Shown: piece after piece, positions 49,731 to 58,772 of the stretch
Numbering within the stretch: the stretch's first letter is position 1
How the letters are laid out: every line of letters starts with the position of its first letter
NCBI GenBank assembly: GCA_000146465.1
Contig: CP001947.1
DNA: 64,000 bases
Direction: 5' to 3' (one strand)
Translations under genes and position numbers: made by a program
The notes under the pieces: model-generated
What the model was told of the DNA's origin: nothing
Seen by the model: the letters and a program-made list of their open reading frames with translations, nothing else
Database searches by the model: none

Positions 49731-51236
49731 TTATTTCAGTGACAGAACCCTTTGCTTCTTGGAGATGAGATAGCTTTTCCATCTCGAGAGGAGCTCGCTT
49801 GTATCTTCAGTGCACTCCTCCTCACTTGTATCGTTTTCAATTGATTCAGAAAACTCCTCCACAGCCTTTGCTTTATCTTCGGATGAAAGATGAGAAAAGG
49901 GCCTCCACATGAATAGAGTAAGTCTGTTGAACACCTTTTTCCAAAGGAGTTTTCCGTTTCTGTTGAACATTTGGACCAGTCCACTGGAGCAGTCTCCAGC
50001 TGAAACTGAGGCTGCATAAAGCCCACTATACGACCACGAGATACCTGTGCATGATGGATGAGAATAGGCACTTCTCAGCTCTCCATTGTCGTAGAACTCT
50101 ATGTTTCCTGTGTCAGCATCGTGGACACAGCATATATCATCGTAAAGTGCAATAAGTAAATCATCTTCTTTTCTAATCTGTTTGGCCATACCGAACCCAA
50201 ATCTGTTTCTGATGTAGAACGAAAGAGTTTGTTTTGTGTCAACAACAACAAACATCTTATCCGACACCTCTATTTGTTCTACACATCCCTCAAGCTGTGT
50301 AAGAGTTATCCCGTCGGTTCCGTAAGACTCGACGAATTGTACCTTTTTCTTCTGTATATTCTTTGTCATCAGCACAAAGCACCTCTTTCCAGAAAAGTAA
50401 AATTTGATGTCTTCGATGTTTGCATGTGTTTTTGAAAGCTTGTATTCTCCCACTTCATATCGGATTTTCTGTACCCTATCATCGCTAAACTCTACTTTCT
50501 GGCCATTGTGATGCCTAATACATTTCAGGAAGGAAAGCTTTGGATCCGGCTCTACTTCTTTGCCTTGGAGAAGTGAAAAGACTTTTCCTAGTCCTAGGAA
50601 GTACACATGATCTTCATCAAGTACTGTGTCTCCTGTAACACCTTGCTGTTTGGTGAGACATTCATTCTTGAATATATCCCATACACTTGTTTCTTTCTTT
50701 GTGGAAACCACAGCAAACCTATTATCAGGGCTAAACGACATGTTTACCACCTCATCCCCAAGCTCGATTCTACTGAACATCTCGAGATATCTTCCTGTTC
50801 GGAACTCAATCATTCTGCCTCCAACAAAACATACAAACACCCCATCATCACTGGACAGACACCTAATGGCCTTTTCAAACGTACCTATCTCCTCAAACTC
50901 CTTATTCTTTTGCTCTAGCAAGGAGAGGACTCCGTTGTTGATGACCACAAATTGTTCACGTTCAGAAAACTGGAAGTCAACAAACTCCCTTGGCTCCAGT
51001 CTTTTCAATGGAGTATATTCTCTCTCCTTCGCGCTCATTATACTGTAAAACTCCTTCAAGGAATAAGCTTGAATATCTGGAAAGCCCTCTAGCTTTCTGA
51101 GAAGAAGGCTGGTTTGCTGAGCAGTTTTCAGTTGCACAATGCATATATTTCCCTTGGAAAAGGAATTATCCGAAGAAACTTCGGGAAGACTGATTTTGGC
51201 TGGGTCAAGCCCAATGATCAAGACTTGGTTGTTCAT
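49731..51236 (-). CDS. eIF2A-like beta-propeller translation factor (eIF2A/eIF3b family)
   Basis: WD-like propeller ending in 'LLWKKVFNRLTLFMWRPF', which resembles the conserved eIF2A/eIF3b '…WRP' C-terminal propeller motif. No RRM, which argues against eIF3b. First ATG is at 51236; track start is TTG. Confidence 0.45.
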   Translation of the reverse strand: MNNQVLIIGLDPAKISLPEVSSDNSFSKGNICIVQLKTAQQTSLLLRKLEGFPDIQAYSLKEFYSIMSAKEREYTPLKRLEPREFVDFQFSEREQFVVINNGVLSLLEQKNKEFEEIGTFEKAIRCLSSDDGVFVCFVGGRMIEFRTGRYLEMFSRIELGDEVVNMSFSPDNRFAVVSTKKETSVWDIFKNECLTKQQGVTGDTVLDEDHVYFLGLGKVFSLLQGKEVEPDPKLSFLKCIRHHNGQKVEFSDDRVQKIRYEVGEYKLSKTHANIEDIKFYFSGKRCFVLMTKNIQKKKVQFVESYGTDGITLTQLEGCVEQIEVSDKMFVVVDTKQTLSFYIRNRFGFGMAKQIRKEDDLLIALYDDICCVHDADTGNIEFYDNGELRSAYSHPSCTGISWSYSGLYAASVSAGDCSSGLVQMFNRNGKLLWKKVFNRLTLFMWRPFSHLSSEDKAKAVEEFSESIENDTSEEECTEDTSELLSRWKSYLISKKQRVLSLK

Positions 51237-51349
51237 CAAAGAAGGGCTCGTGGAGAAATTTTACCTCATGCTATAGTCTGTTGCGTGTGTCGCCTTGCAG
51301 AAGGGGTATGGACAACGAAAGGAAAACAGCCACTGTTACATTCAGGGGC

Positions 51350-51811
51350 ATGAGATTTAAGGACTTGCTTCAAGTCCAGCAGTTGAACATGAGAAACTCT
51401 ACAGAGAACTTTCTGCTTGGCACGTTTCTGAGTACTTTATCGGCATCTTATGCAACTTCCTTCGTTGCAGAGCTGGACGGGAAGATTATAGGGTACTCGG
51501 AGGCTGCTGTCTTTCGAGAGAGGAAAAAAGGACATATCTACTCTATTTGCGTGGATGGGCCTTTCAGAGGATGTGGAATTGGGAGAAGGCTTATTGGGCT
51601 TTCGATAGATGCTATAAGAACAGAGATGAAGGAAAAGGAGATATGCGAAATAGATCTTTATGTTAGGACATCCAACACAGAGGCTATTGGTCTGTACAAG
51701 TCTGTTGGATTTGTGATAAGAGAGAAAGACCTTTCCTATTACGAGGGAGGGGCTCCTGCACATAGAATGAGCCTGTACTTAGGAACAGGCACAGAATCGA
51801 GGAAACCCTAA
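51350..51811 (+). CDS. N-terminal acetyltransferase catalytic subunit (GNAT; Naa10/Naa30/Naa50-like)
   Basis: GNAT motif A 'FRGCGIGRRLIGLS' and motif B 'YKSVGF'. The N-terminus 'MRFKDLLQVQQLNMRNSTENF' is typical of NAT catalytic subunits. Start chosen at the third ATG, 51350. Confidence 0.7.
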   Translation: MRFKDLLQVQQLNMRNSTENFLLGTFLSTLSASYATSFVAELDGKIIGYSEAAVFRERKKGHIYSICVDGPFRGCGIGRRLIGLSIDAIRTEMKEKEICEIDLYVRTSNTEAIGLYKSVGFVIREKDLSYYEGGAPAHRMSLYLGTGTESRKP

Positions 51812-51867
51812 GAAGGTATAAGGTGGCCTATTCGCCTTGAAACCTCTAAATTTTACCTTGGACTGGA

Positions 51868-54669
51868 ATGCCCTTAAAAATGGAAACGAAGCATGCAAGC
51901 CTCATTGAGGCAAGAAGATACGAAGAACGCAAACTTCCCTCCGTAAAGGATATTTACACCGGGTCCGACCAGACATATGCAGTGCAGAAGATGATGGTGA
52001 AGAGAAGGGAAATAGGAATTCCAAATATCGAATACAGGAGATGCGGGATATTGTCTGTTATGGGAGCGTTGTGGTTCTCCAATGGCAAGAATTTGGTGAT
52101 CTGGAGATATGAAAGCAATGAGGAGGAAGAGATAGGGATGTTTTCGTCGGAGGTTTTGGAGGTGATCATTTTTGTTCCTAGGAGGGGGATCTTCAACGAG
52201 AGAATATCGCACTGCCTATTTGTTGCCACCGAGAAGCAAGTGATGATCTATGGGGTCGAGAAGGATACATTTTGTCTTGTCAACACCGACTTTGTAGCAT
52301 CCTCTCCAAGTTGTGTGAGATGTGCGTCGGTGGAGAATGGAGATGTGTTTATAGGATGTGAGAATGGAAGGGTATACCAGGTTGTTTACAAGAGTGTTGA
52401 CTCCTGGTCATTCAAGATAATGCATGTTTACGACCCAAGCTCGTCGATTCTTTCAAGCCTTGTTCCGTCTGTTCTGAAGCGGAAGAAGTCGGCAGTTAAG
52501 GCTTTAAGCATAGGAAAGAGCTTCATGGTTTGTCTCGGCAGAAATGCCTCGATCTACAACATTGAGGGGGGGATGTACAAAGTAAGAGATGTTGTGTTGT
52601 GCAGAGAATATATCGATGTGCAGATTGTCGATGAGAAAGAGGACTCTGTGTTTTTCTACTTGGTCCAGAGGGATGGATCAAGAGACTTCTACGAAAACGG
52701 GAGACTTGCAATGACTCGGAAGTCTCCGAACATTGGAGATATGACGGAGATCAAGGAAATGAAGGTTTGCACATCGAAAGACAGGCTTTGCATGGTACGG
52801 AACGGACACTACGACGGAAGCATTGTAACGATAATTTCTTTGAACGAAGACCAGATCTGCAATTTTGACAAGTTAAAGAGCTCTGAGAGTTATGAGGTGG
52901 TTGTTATGAAAAACGAAATAGAGTTGATTGGGATTGACGGTAGAACAATTTTCCTTCTGGGAAACAAAAGAATCTTTGTGTATGAAATCCAAACTATTGA
53001 AAAGTTTCTTTTGAGCTGCAGATCGGAAGAGATTTTTAGCATGTACAAGAGCTATGGGGAGAAGGAGATGCTAGTGCTATACTATGAGCTCCTAGCAGCC
53101 AACGAAGATGTGGGAAGACTGGAGTATCTTTGTTTGAAGAACGAGGATGCACAGCTCTCTGCGTTATTTCTGTATCTTTACAGGCTGATAAAGCCTATTC
53201 TGGGAATTCCATTTGAAGACATTCTGAACGGAGAGAAGAACATATATCTCGAGAGGATCCAGAGCAAGATCAAAAACATTCGGGGGAAAGTTCGATCCAA
53301 ACACTTGAGGATGGGATATGATTTTATAGATGAATTTCTGCAGACGTGCTTCTACATGAATGTATTGTACGAGTACTCGGTTAATTTAGAGGGGAAATCA
53401 TTAGAGTATGTTCTTCTTGAAGACAGTGAAGAATTTAAGAAAAGAACACTTAAGTCTATTCTCGAGATGTTCAAGGTCAACCAAAGTGTCGAGCCCCTAA
53501 TAAAGACCCTCAGTGCTCGATGTCCGTTGTTTCTTCCTATGGAAGAGGTTTACTACCAGAGGGGCCTTGAGATGTTGAACAAGAAGCCATCAAAAGAGGT
53601 ATTGTTTGAGTCCCTTAACAACCTTAAGAATGTCCAATACAACGAAAGTCTTATTAGGAAATACAATGAGTTTGGCTTCTACTACGGAAGCACAGCACTT
53701 ATCAGGGAGAACTTTAACTTTGACTTTGAGTATGGGGTTGAGATCTTGAAGAAGAGTGTTAGATGTGTTGGGGCGTTAAACCTTGCATTGGAGGATCCAA
53801 GAGAAGACTTTCTGTATGCATTGTTTGAAGCATTAATCGACATTCTGAAGGAGAATGGGTTTGGAAAGGAGTGCAGCTGCTGTGACAAATGTGGTACCAT
53901 GTCTTTGAATGATTTGATCAAGATATCTGTTCCTTTTCTTGAGAAGTTCCTAAAGGAAAAGGCCATGTCATCGAGCGACCCAAGGATATTTGAGCTCCAT
54001 TGGAAGTACTGTGTCTACAGAAACGACAAGGTGAAGGGGACACAGTCTTTATTGGAGTTGGCAGACAACAAGGCAGTAACGCTGGAGACAAAGATCGATC
54101 TTCTGAAGACAGCCTTGAGTGTATCTGTTAATACGGATCTGTTCAACGAAGTCAAGCTTCGGTTGGAGCTTGCAGACATACAGGTCGAGGTTTTGAAGAG
54201 GGGCAGGGTCGATCCAATGATAAGCAATAATCTCTTGTCTGCGGACGAGTTGTTCAATGACTATGCATATAAATACCCCGAACTTGCTCTTAAGATTATT
54301 GGAATATCGAGCTATACAGATAAGGCTGTCATCAAAGAGTTATGGGAGGAAGGGATGAACGGAGACTTCGACTCGGCAATGAGGTTCCTAGGAACAGTCA
54401 AAACCTCTGGGCCGGCAAAGGACTGTAACATAGTTGGAGACATTCTATGCTCTAAGATGAGTAAGGGAAAAAAACTAGGAAAGGCGTTGGCAAGTGCTGG
54501 GTTCAGCTACCTTGAGATTGTGAGCTTTCTGGAAGAAAAGATCAAGGGAGAAGAATACAACCATCCTGAGATGAAGAAGATGCTCTTAAACGACCTCAAG
54601 GAGTTTTCCAACAACAACGAGTTCTATCTCAGGATTGAAGAATATTGCAGGAAGAAATATGGAATTTAG
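51868..54669 (+). CDS. nucleoporin Nup155/Nup170-like (beta-propeller + alpha-solenoid)
   Basis: The N-terminal region 'GIPNIEYRRCGILSVMGALWFSNGKNLVIWRYE…EVLEVIIFVPRRGIFNERISHCLFVATEKQVMIYGV' follows the Nup155/Nup170 N-terminal consensus (…lW.Y…I..V.lvkpkpGvF…I.hlLvvaT…i.l.gv). A long helical C-terminus follows. Confidence 0.5.
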   Translation: MPLKMETKHASLIEARRYEERKLPSVKDIYTGSDQTYAVQKMMVKRREIGIPNIEYRRCGILSVMGALWFSNGKNLVIWRYESNEEEEIGMFSSEVLEVIIFVPRRGIFNERISHCLFVATEKQVMIYGVEKDTFCLVNTDFVASSPSCVRCASVENGDVFIGCENGRVYQVVYKSVDSWSFKIMHVYDPSSSILSSLVPSVLKRKKSAVKALSIGKSFMVCLGRNASIYNIEGGMYKVRDVVLCREYIDVQIVDEKEDSVFFYLVQRDGSRDFYENGRLAMTRKSPNIGDMTEIKEMKVCTSKDRLCMVRNGHYDGSIVTIISLNEDQICNFDKLKSSESYEVVVMKNEIELIGIDGRTIFLLGNKRIFVYEIQTIEKFLLSCRSEEIFSMYKSYGEKEMLVLYYELLAANEDVGRLEYLCLKNEDAQLSALFLYLYRLIKPILGIPFEDILNGEKNIYLERIQSKIKNIRGKVRSKHLRMGYDFIDEFLQTCFYMNVLYEYSVNLEGKSLEYVLLEDSEEFKKRTLKSILEMFKVNQSVEPLIKTLSARCPLFLPMEEVYYQRGLEMLNKKPSKEVLFESLNNLKNVQYNESLIRKYNEFGFYYGSTALIRENFNFDFEYGVEILKKSVRCVGALNLALEDPREDFLYALFEALIDILKENGFGKECSCCDKCGTMSLNDLIKISVPFLEKFLKEKAMSSSDPRIFELHWKYCVYRNDKVKGTQSLLELADNKAVTLETKIDLLKTALSVSVNTDLFNEVKLRLELADIQVEVLKRGRVDPMISNNLLSADELFNDYAYKYPELALKIIGISSYTDKAVIKELWEEGMNGDFDSAMRFLGTVKTSGPAKDCNIVGDILCSKMSKGKKLGKALASAGFSYLEIVSFLEEKIKGEEYNHPEMKKMLLNDLKEFSNNNEFYLRIEEYCRKKYGI

Positions 54670-54764
54670 AAATAAACCTTGAGATTTTTATTCTAACGTC
54701 TAGCCCGTAACCGTGAACCAGATAAACCGAAGATTGGATTTAATCTTGAAAATTTTACCATGGG

Positions 54765-55619
54765 ATGCGGTGGATCTCAAACATCCTTCGAGAAGCCAGG
54801 AAATCCTGCTTTGGGAGAGAAATAACATCGACGTTTGACACGTATAATGCAGAGGCAAATGAAATAGTCACACCGCAAACATGCAGTGGTGTGAAAACCG
54901 AGGTATCAAAGACACTTGCGCCGTTTCTCCAGGTGTCGAGGGTAGATATTCTCGATAGAAATGCACACACTAGCCAGATGTTTGGGACTCTGAGCCTGAA
55001 GAACACCCTGGTACAGGTTAGCATGGACCATGAAAACAGCGTTGGGTTCAGGGCTATGAACATGTCTGGAAACCTTATCACTAAAATACACACAATAATT
55101 ACAGGAAGGAAAGAAGTGTTTAGCCAGGTTGAGCTTGAAATGAAGAATCGAATCAATAACTTTGGGCTAAAGCTGATAAGCCCGGCGGTAAAGAGTACTG
55201 GGATGGTGTATGTTGCGAATACTCTTCATCAATTTGGGTCTTTGAGCCTTGGAGGAGAAGTTATAGGTGCAGACTCGGAGCTTGGAGTCTCTGTGTGTGG
55301 AAGATACGAGCACAGAAATGGGGTTTTTTCTGTAGGTTTACAACAGTTTACTGCTTTAAGTCTCAACTACTATCATAAACTAGGGAAGTATCTTGACGTG
55401 GGTACTGAGGTGCAGATTCCAAAGTCTTGCCCTCCCAGTGCTGCTGTGGGATGTAGACTAACAACTTCAAAAACTCAGATGAAAGCAAATGTGAACAGCG
55501 ACATGTCCCTTAGTTTTTGCCTTGGCGAAAAGTTAACAGAAGGACTAAGCTTCAATGTGAATGCCGAAGTCAACAAGTCTGGATGCACGCATGGATTTGG
55601 GTTTTCCTTGGAATTCTAA
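54765..55619 (+). CDS. mitosomal outer-membrane beta-barrel (Tom40/porin-like)
   Basis: 284 aa of amphipathic beta-strand hairpins ending in the aromatic beta-signal-like 'THGFGFSLEF'. The size fits a reduced Tom40. Confidence 0.4.
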   Translation: MRWISNILREARKSCFGREITSTFDTYNAEANEIVTPQTCSGVKTEVSKTLAPFLQVSRVDILDRNAHTSQMFGTLSLKNTLVQVSMDHENSVGFRAMNMSGNLITKIHTIITGRKEVFSQVELEMKNRINNFGLKLISPAVKSTGMVYVANTLHQFGSLSLGGEVIGADSELGVSVCGRYEHRNGVFSVGLQQFTALSLNYYHKLGKYLDVGTEVQIPKSCPPSAAVGCRLTTSKTQMKANVNSDMSLSFCLGEKLTEGLSFNVNAEVNKSGCTHGFGFSLEF

Positions 55620-55643
55620 CGCCGCTCCTGGAAGGAAAAGAAG

Positions 55644-56552
55644 TTAGTAGTTGCATGGAACCAGCTCATAAGCCCTAAAGAAGTCTTTTACTTCCTTAAG
55701 ATATTGCTCTAAAGTTATTATGAATGGGTTTGGGCCTGCATCAAATGTGTAAGCAACTCTTACTTTGTCTCTGTTGAACCTGTGGCACATTTCAATAACT
55801 TGGAAGCCATCGTCTTTTATATATCTGATTGGGGGATATGTCTCCATGAGCATACCATGGAACTCGTTGGATTCCCTCATAGTGAGGTAGGCAAACCCAT
55901 CAAAGTCCTTCTGGGAAATGCACTTGGCCATAGCTTCAACCTTCTCTTTCATCCTAGCAAGTCTTTCTTGATAAAACTCACTTGTTTCTCTTGTCCGGAT
56001 CATTCCTTCTGTACTCCCTATCTTCTTCGGATCTTTCGACAACACAATAGAAAGGATTTTTATTTCCCTCCAGCTAGGAAGTTTCTCCACAAACACCCCG
56101 TCAAACAAATGAATTCCCGGAGATATACTTCTTCCTGCGCTCCCTGATCCGATCCTTGCAATTCTACACAACTCCTCCTCCGATGTTTTAAGGCCGTAAA
56201 AATCATCCAAAGCCAGTGCTAATGCTGCAAATCCAGATGCAGATGATGCAAGTCCACAGGAATGAGGAAAGTTATTGAATGACCTGACACAGATAGATCT
56301 CCTATCTCCCGACCTTGTTCTGAATATCTCCACAACTTGGCTCATTTTCTTTCCAAAGGAGAGCATCTCGCCGTTCAAGTAGAACCTGTCTGAGTTGGAA
56401 TATTCAACAGTCGTTTCAGTCTGAAAGTTTGTCAAGGGAAAGGAGACAGATGAATTTGAAGGGGTGTTGTTTATTGTATCTACCTTCCCCCAGTACTTTA
56501 TAACTGCAATGTTAGGATGGGATCTTCCATAACCCAACGATGAGTCTTTCAT
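55644..56552 (-). CDS. MVD1: diphosphomevalonate decarboxylase (GHMP kinase family)
   Basis: 'PNIAVIKYWGK' N-terminal motif, 'SFPLTNFQTETTV' and the GHMP ATP motif 'GLASSASGFAALALAL'. Confidence 0.8.
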   Translation of the reverse strand: MKDSSLGYGRSHPNIAVIKYWGKVDTINNTPSNSSVSFPLTNFQTETTVEYSNSDRFYLNGEMLSFGKKMSQVVEIFRTRSGDRRSICVRSFNNFPHSCGLASSASGFAALALALDDFYGLKTSEEELCRIARIGSGSAGRSISPGIHLFDGVFVEKLPSWREIKILSIVLSKDPKKIGSTEGMIRTRETSEFYQERLARMKEKVEAMAKCISQKDFDGFAYLTMRESNEFHGMLMETYPPIRYIKDDGFQVIEMCHRFNRDKVRVAYTFDAGPNPFIITLEQYLKEVKDFFRAYELVPCNY

Positions 56553-56616
56553 TCAAGGGTCATTTATTTTCGATTGATCCGTTTTGTTGAGGCAAGCCAG
56601 AACTCGGTACTCAGAT

Positions 56617-56955
56617 CTAGAATTCATATTTGTCTTCCATTCTGCAAGTTGCTGCATATGCCAAGATACACAACTTTCTGAGGTGTTCGTAATGTACATA
56701 TTCTTTGAATACATCCCTTTTCTCTGGAGCTCTTGTTTGGTTCCTTACTTTCTGCCTTTGGTTCTGGAACCATATTTGAACTGTCCTTGGGCTTGTACCC
56801 AGGGTCTTTGACAGCTCTTCCCGAGTAGATGTAGAAGGGAATGGGTTTTCCTTAAAGGAGTCCACCAGAATTTCTACTTGCCCTGGCGACATCCTTGTTC
56901 TAGAATTCTTACTATTTTTCTTGGTGTATATCCTCATATCACCAAATAAGCTCAT
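56617..56955 (-). CDS. homeobox transcription factor
   Basis: Homeodomain helix 3 'VQIWFQNQRQKVRN', preceded by 'RMSPGQVEILVDSFKENPFPSTSTREELSKTLG'. Confidence 0.8.
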   Translation of the reverse strand: MSLFGDMRIYTKKNSKNSRTRMSPGQVEILVDSFKENPFPSTSTREELSKTLGTSPRTVQIWFQNQRQKVRNQTRAPEKRDVFKEYVHYEHLRKLCILAYAATCRMEDKYEF

Positions 56956-57169
56956 TATTTTATTTTTCGGATGAAACAGGCAAGCATCCTATTAAAGAAG
57001 AGAAAGCTATGCTTTTTCAGCGAGGCGAGTATAATTAGAGAGGTTGGCCATTCATCGAAGACAAAGACATAAATCTTCTGTGGCTTTCTGGAAAGAAGAC
57101 ATCCACATATCTTGTACTTCTCGAAGAAAACGTTTCTCAGTGTTAATCCATCTGCAAAAATTTACCCCA

Positions 57170-58702
57170 ATGAATTCCACGCATTCAGAGGCTCAGGTCA
57201 CACAGTTTGGACAAGCAATTCGAATCAACAACAATACGGCTGCCACGCTTTCTGCATTGTTTTCGTCAAGTATTGGTCCATTTGGAAGTTACAAGGCACT
57301 AATCTCCCCTGGACAGACTCTTCGTATCACAAAAGATGGAAATACTCTGTGCAGGGAAATTCAATTCACGCATCCTACATCGATCATCATCACAAGAGCA
57401 GCAACATCTATGTACACCACATTTGGAGATGGGTCAACAACGCTGATTGTTCTATGCTGTGGAATATTCAATGATGCATTCCGACACTTCGAAAATGGGG
57501 TTCCGATCCCCAGAATATGTGCTTCGCTCCAGACATGTCTCAACGACATCATGGGATACCTAAAGACGTTGGAGAAGCCGTTTGAGGAAGACACACTCTG
57601 CAAGATGGCTTACAGCATCATTAGAACCAAGGTTGATGAGGACATGGCTAAAAAGCTGTCGAAGATACTGGTTCAAGCAGTTGAGAATGCCATCCAATCC
57701 AAGTTTTTCGACATAAATATGGTGGAAGTGATCAAGATGCAGGAGGGGGATGTGTCTGAAACCACATATGTAGATGGGCTTGTGCTTGACCATGGAGGAA
57801 GACACTATGCAATGCCTGATAAACTCGAGGATGTTTGCATCTTGATAACCAACATGTCTCTTGAGTATGAGAAGCCAGAGATAAATGCAGAATTCTGCTA
57901 TAGCTCTGCAGAGCAGAGGGATGAGCTTGCAGGGCGGGAGCGAGAGTTCATTTTACAAAGATGCAGGGCGATTGCCGAGTTTGGAAAGAAAATCAAAGAA
58001 AGCCATGGAAAAAGACTGATGGTGGTGTCGGAAAAGGGAATTGATCCCTACTCTTTGGAGGTGTTTGCATCCTCGGGGATCCTTGCTCTAAGAAGGGCAA
58101 AAAGAAGAAATCTAGAAAGGCTTGTGAGAATGTGTGGAGGAAGTCTTATTACACAGGTTAGCCAGCTCAGCGAAAAGGTGCTGGGATACTGCCAGAAGGT
58201 AAGTGTCAGGAAGATGGGGGACGAGATGTTTACCTTTATTGAAGGAACACCATTCAAAGGGTCTTGTACAATTCTGATAAGAGGAAACAGCCAGCATGAA
58301 ATGTCCAGGATGGAGTCTGGAATCAGAGGAGCCCTGAAAAGCCTGTATATATCTTTGAAGGGTAAGACGTATATTGAGGGAGGCTATTCTCTTTACAGAT
58401 CCTTGATTTCCTATATAAGAAAACAAATGGACAGTGTTTCCGAAAAGGATGTGATCGGATATAAGGTCATGGAAAACTCTTTTCTTAATGTGACCAAGGC
58501 CTTGTTAAGAAACTCTGGAAAGGACATACAGGAAGAGCTTACAAGGATCCTTAGAGGAGGGGAATGTGGGAATGTTGTTGACAATGCCTCGGTGGTCTCG
58601 GCAGTGATTTCCAATTCTACAGTTGTTGCCACAAACCTGCTGCTGGTTGATGAGATAATCAAGGCAGGAAAGCCAATAAAGGAAAACAAACCTGAAAATT
58701 AA
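57170..58702 (+). CDS. CCT6: T-complex chaperonin CCT zeta subunit (Cct6)
   Basis: Group II chaperonin. The N-terminus 'IRINNNTAATLSALFSSSIGPFGSYKALISPGQTLRITKDGNTLCREIQFTHPTSIIITRAA' aligns with Cct6 '[29 protein letters not shown]…IKLTKDG…EMQIQ.PTA.LIARAA'. ATP motifs 'TFGDGSTT'. Start chosen at the ATG at 57170. Confidence 0.8.
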   Translation: MNSTHSEAQVTQFGQAIRINNNTAATLSALFSSSIGPFGSYKALISPGQTLRITKDGNTLCREIQFTHPTSIIITRAATSMYTTFGDGSTTLIVLCCGIFNDAFRHFENGVPIPRICASLQTCLNDIMGYLKTLEKPFEEDTLCKMAYSIIRTKVDEDMAKKLSKILVQAVENAIQSKFFDINMVEVIKMQEGDVSETTYVDGLVLDHGGRHYAMPDKLEDVCILITNMSLEYEKPEINAEFCYSSAEQRDELAGREREFILQRCRAIAEFGKKIKESHGKRLMVVSEKGIDPYSLEVFASSGILALRRAKRRNLERLVRMCGGSLITQVSQLSEKVLGYCQKVSVRKMGDEMFTFIEGTPFKGSCTILIRGNSQHEMSRMESGIRGALKSLYISLKGKTYIEGGYSLYRSLISYIRKQMDSVSEKDVIGYKVMENSFLNVTKALLRNSGKDIQEELTRILRGGECGNVVDNASVVSAVISNSTVVATNLLLVDEIIKAGKPIKENKPEN

Positions 58703-58772
58703 AGTCATTTCAATCGACTTGTGGATGGTGTGTTTGGAAAGTGTCCAAGGGCATTGTCTTGTCCTAAATATT

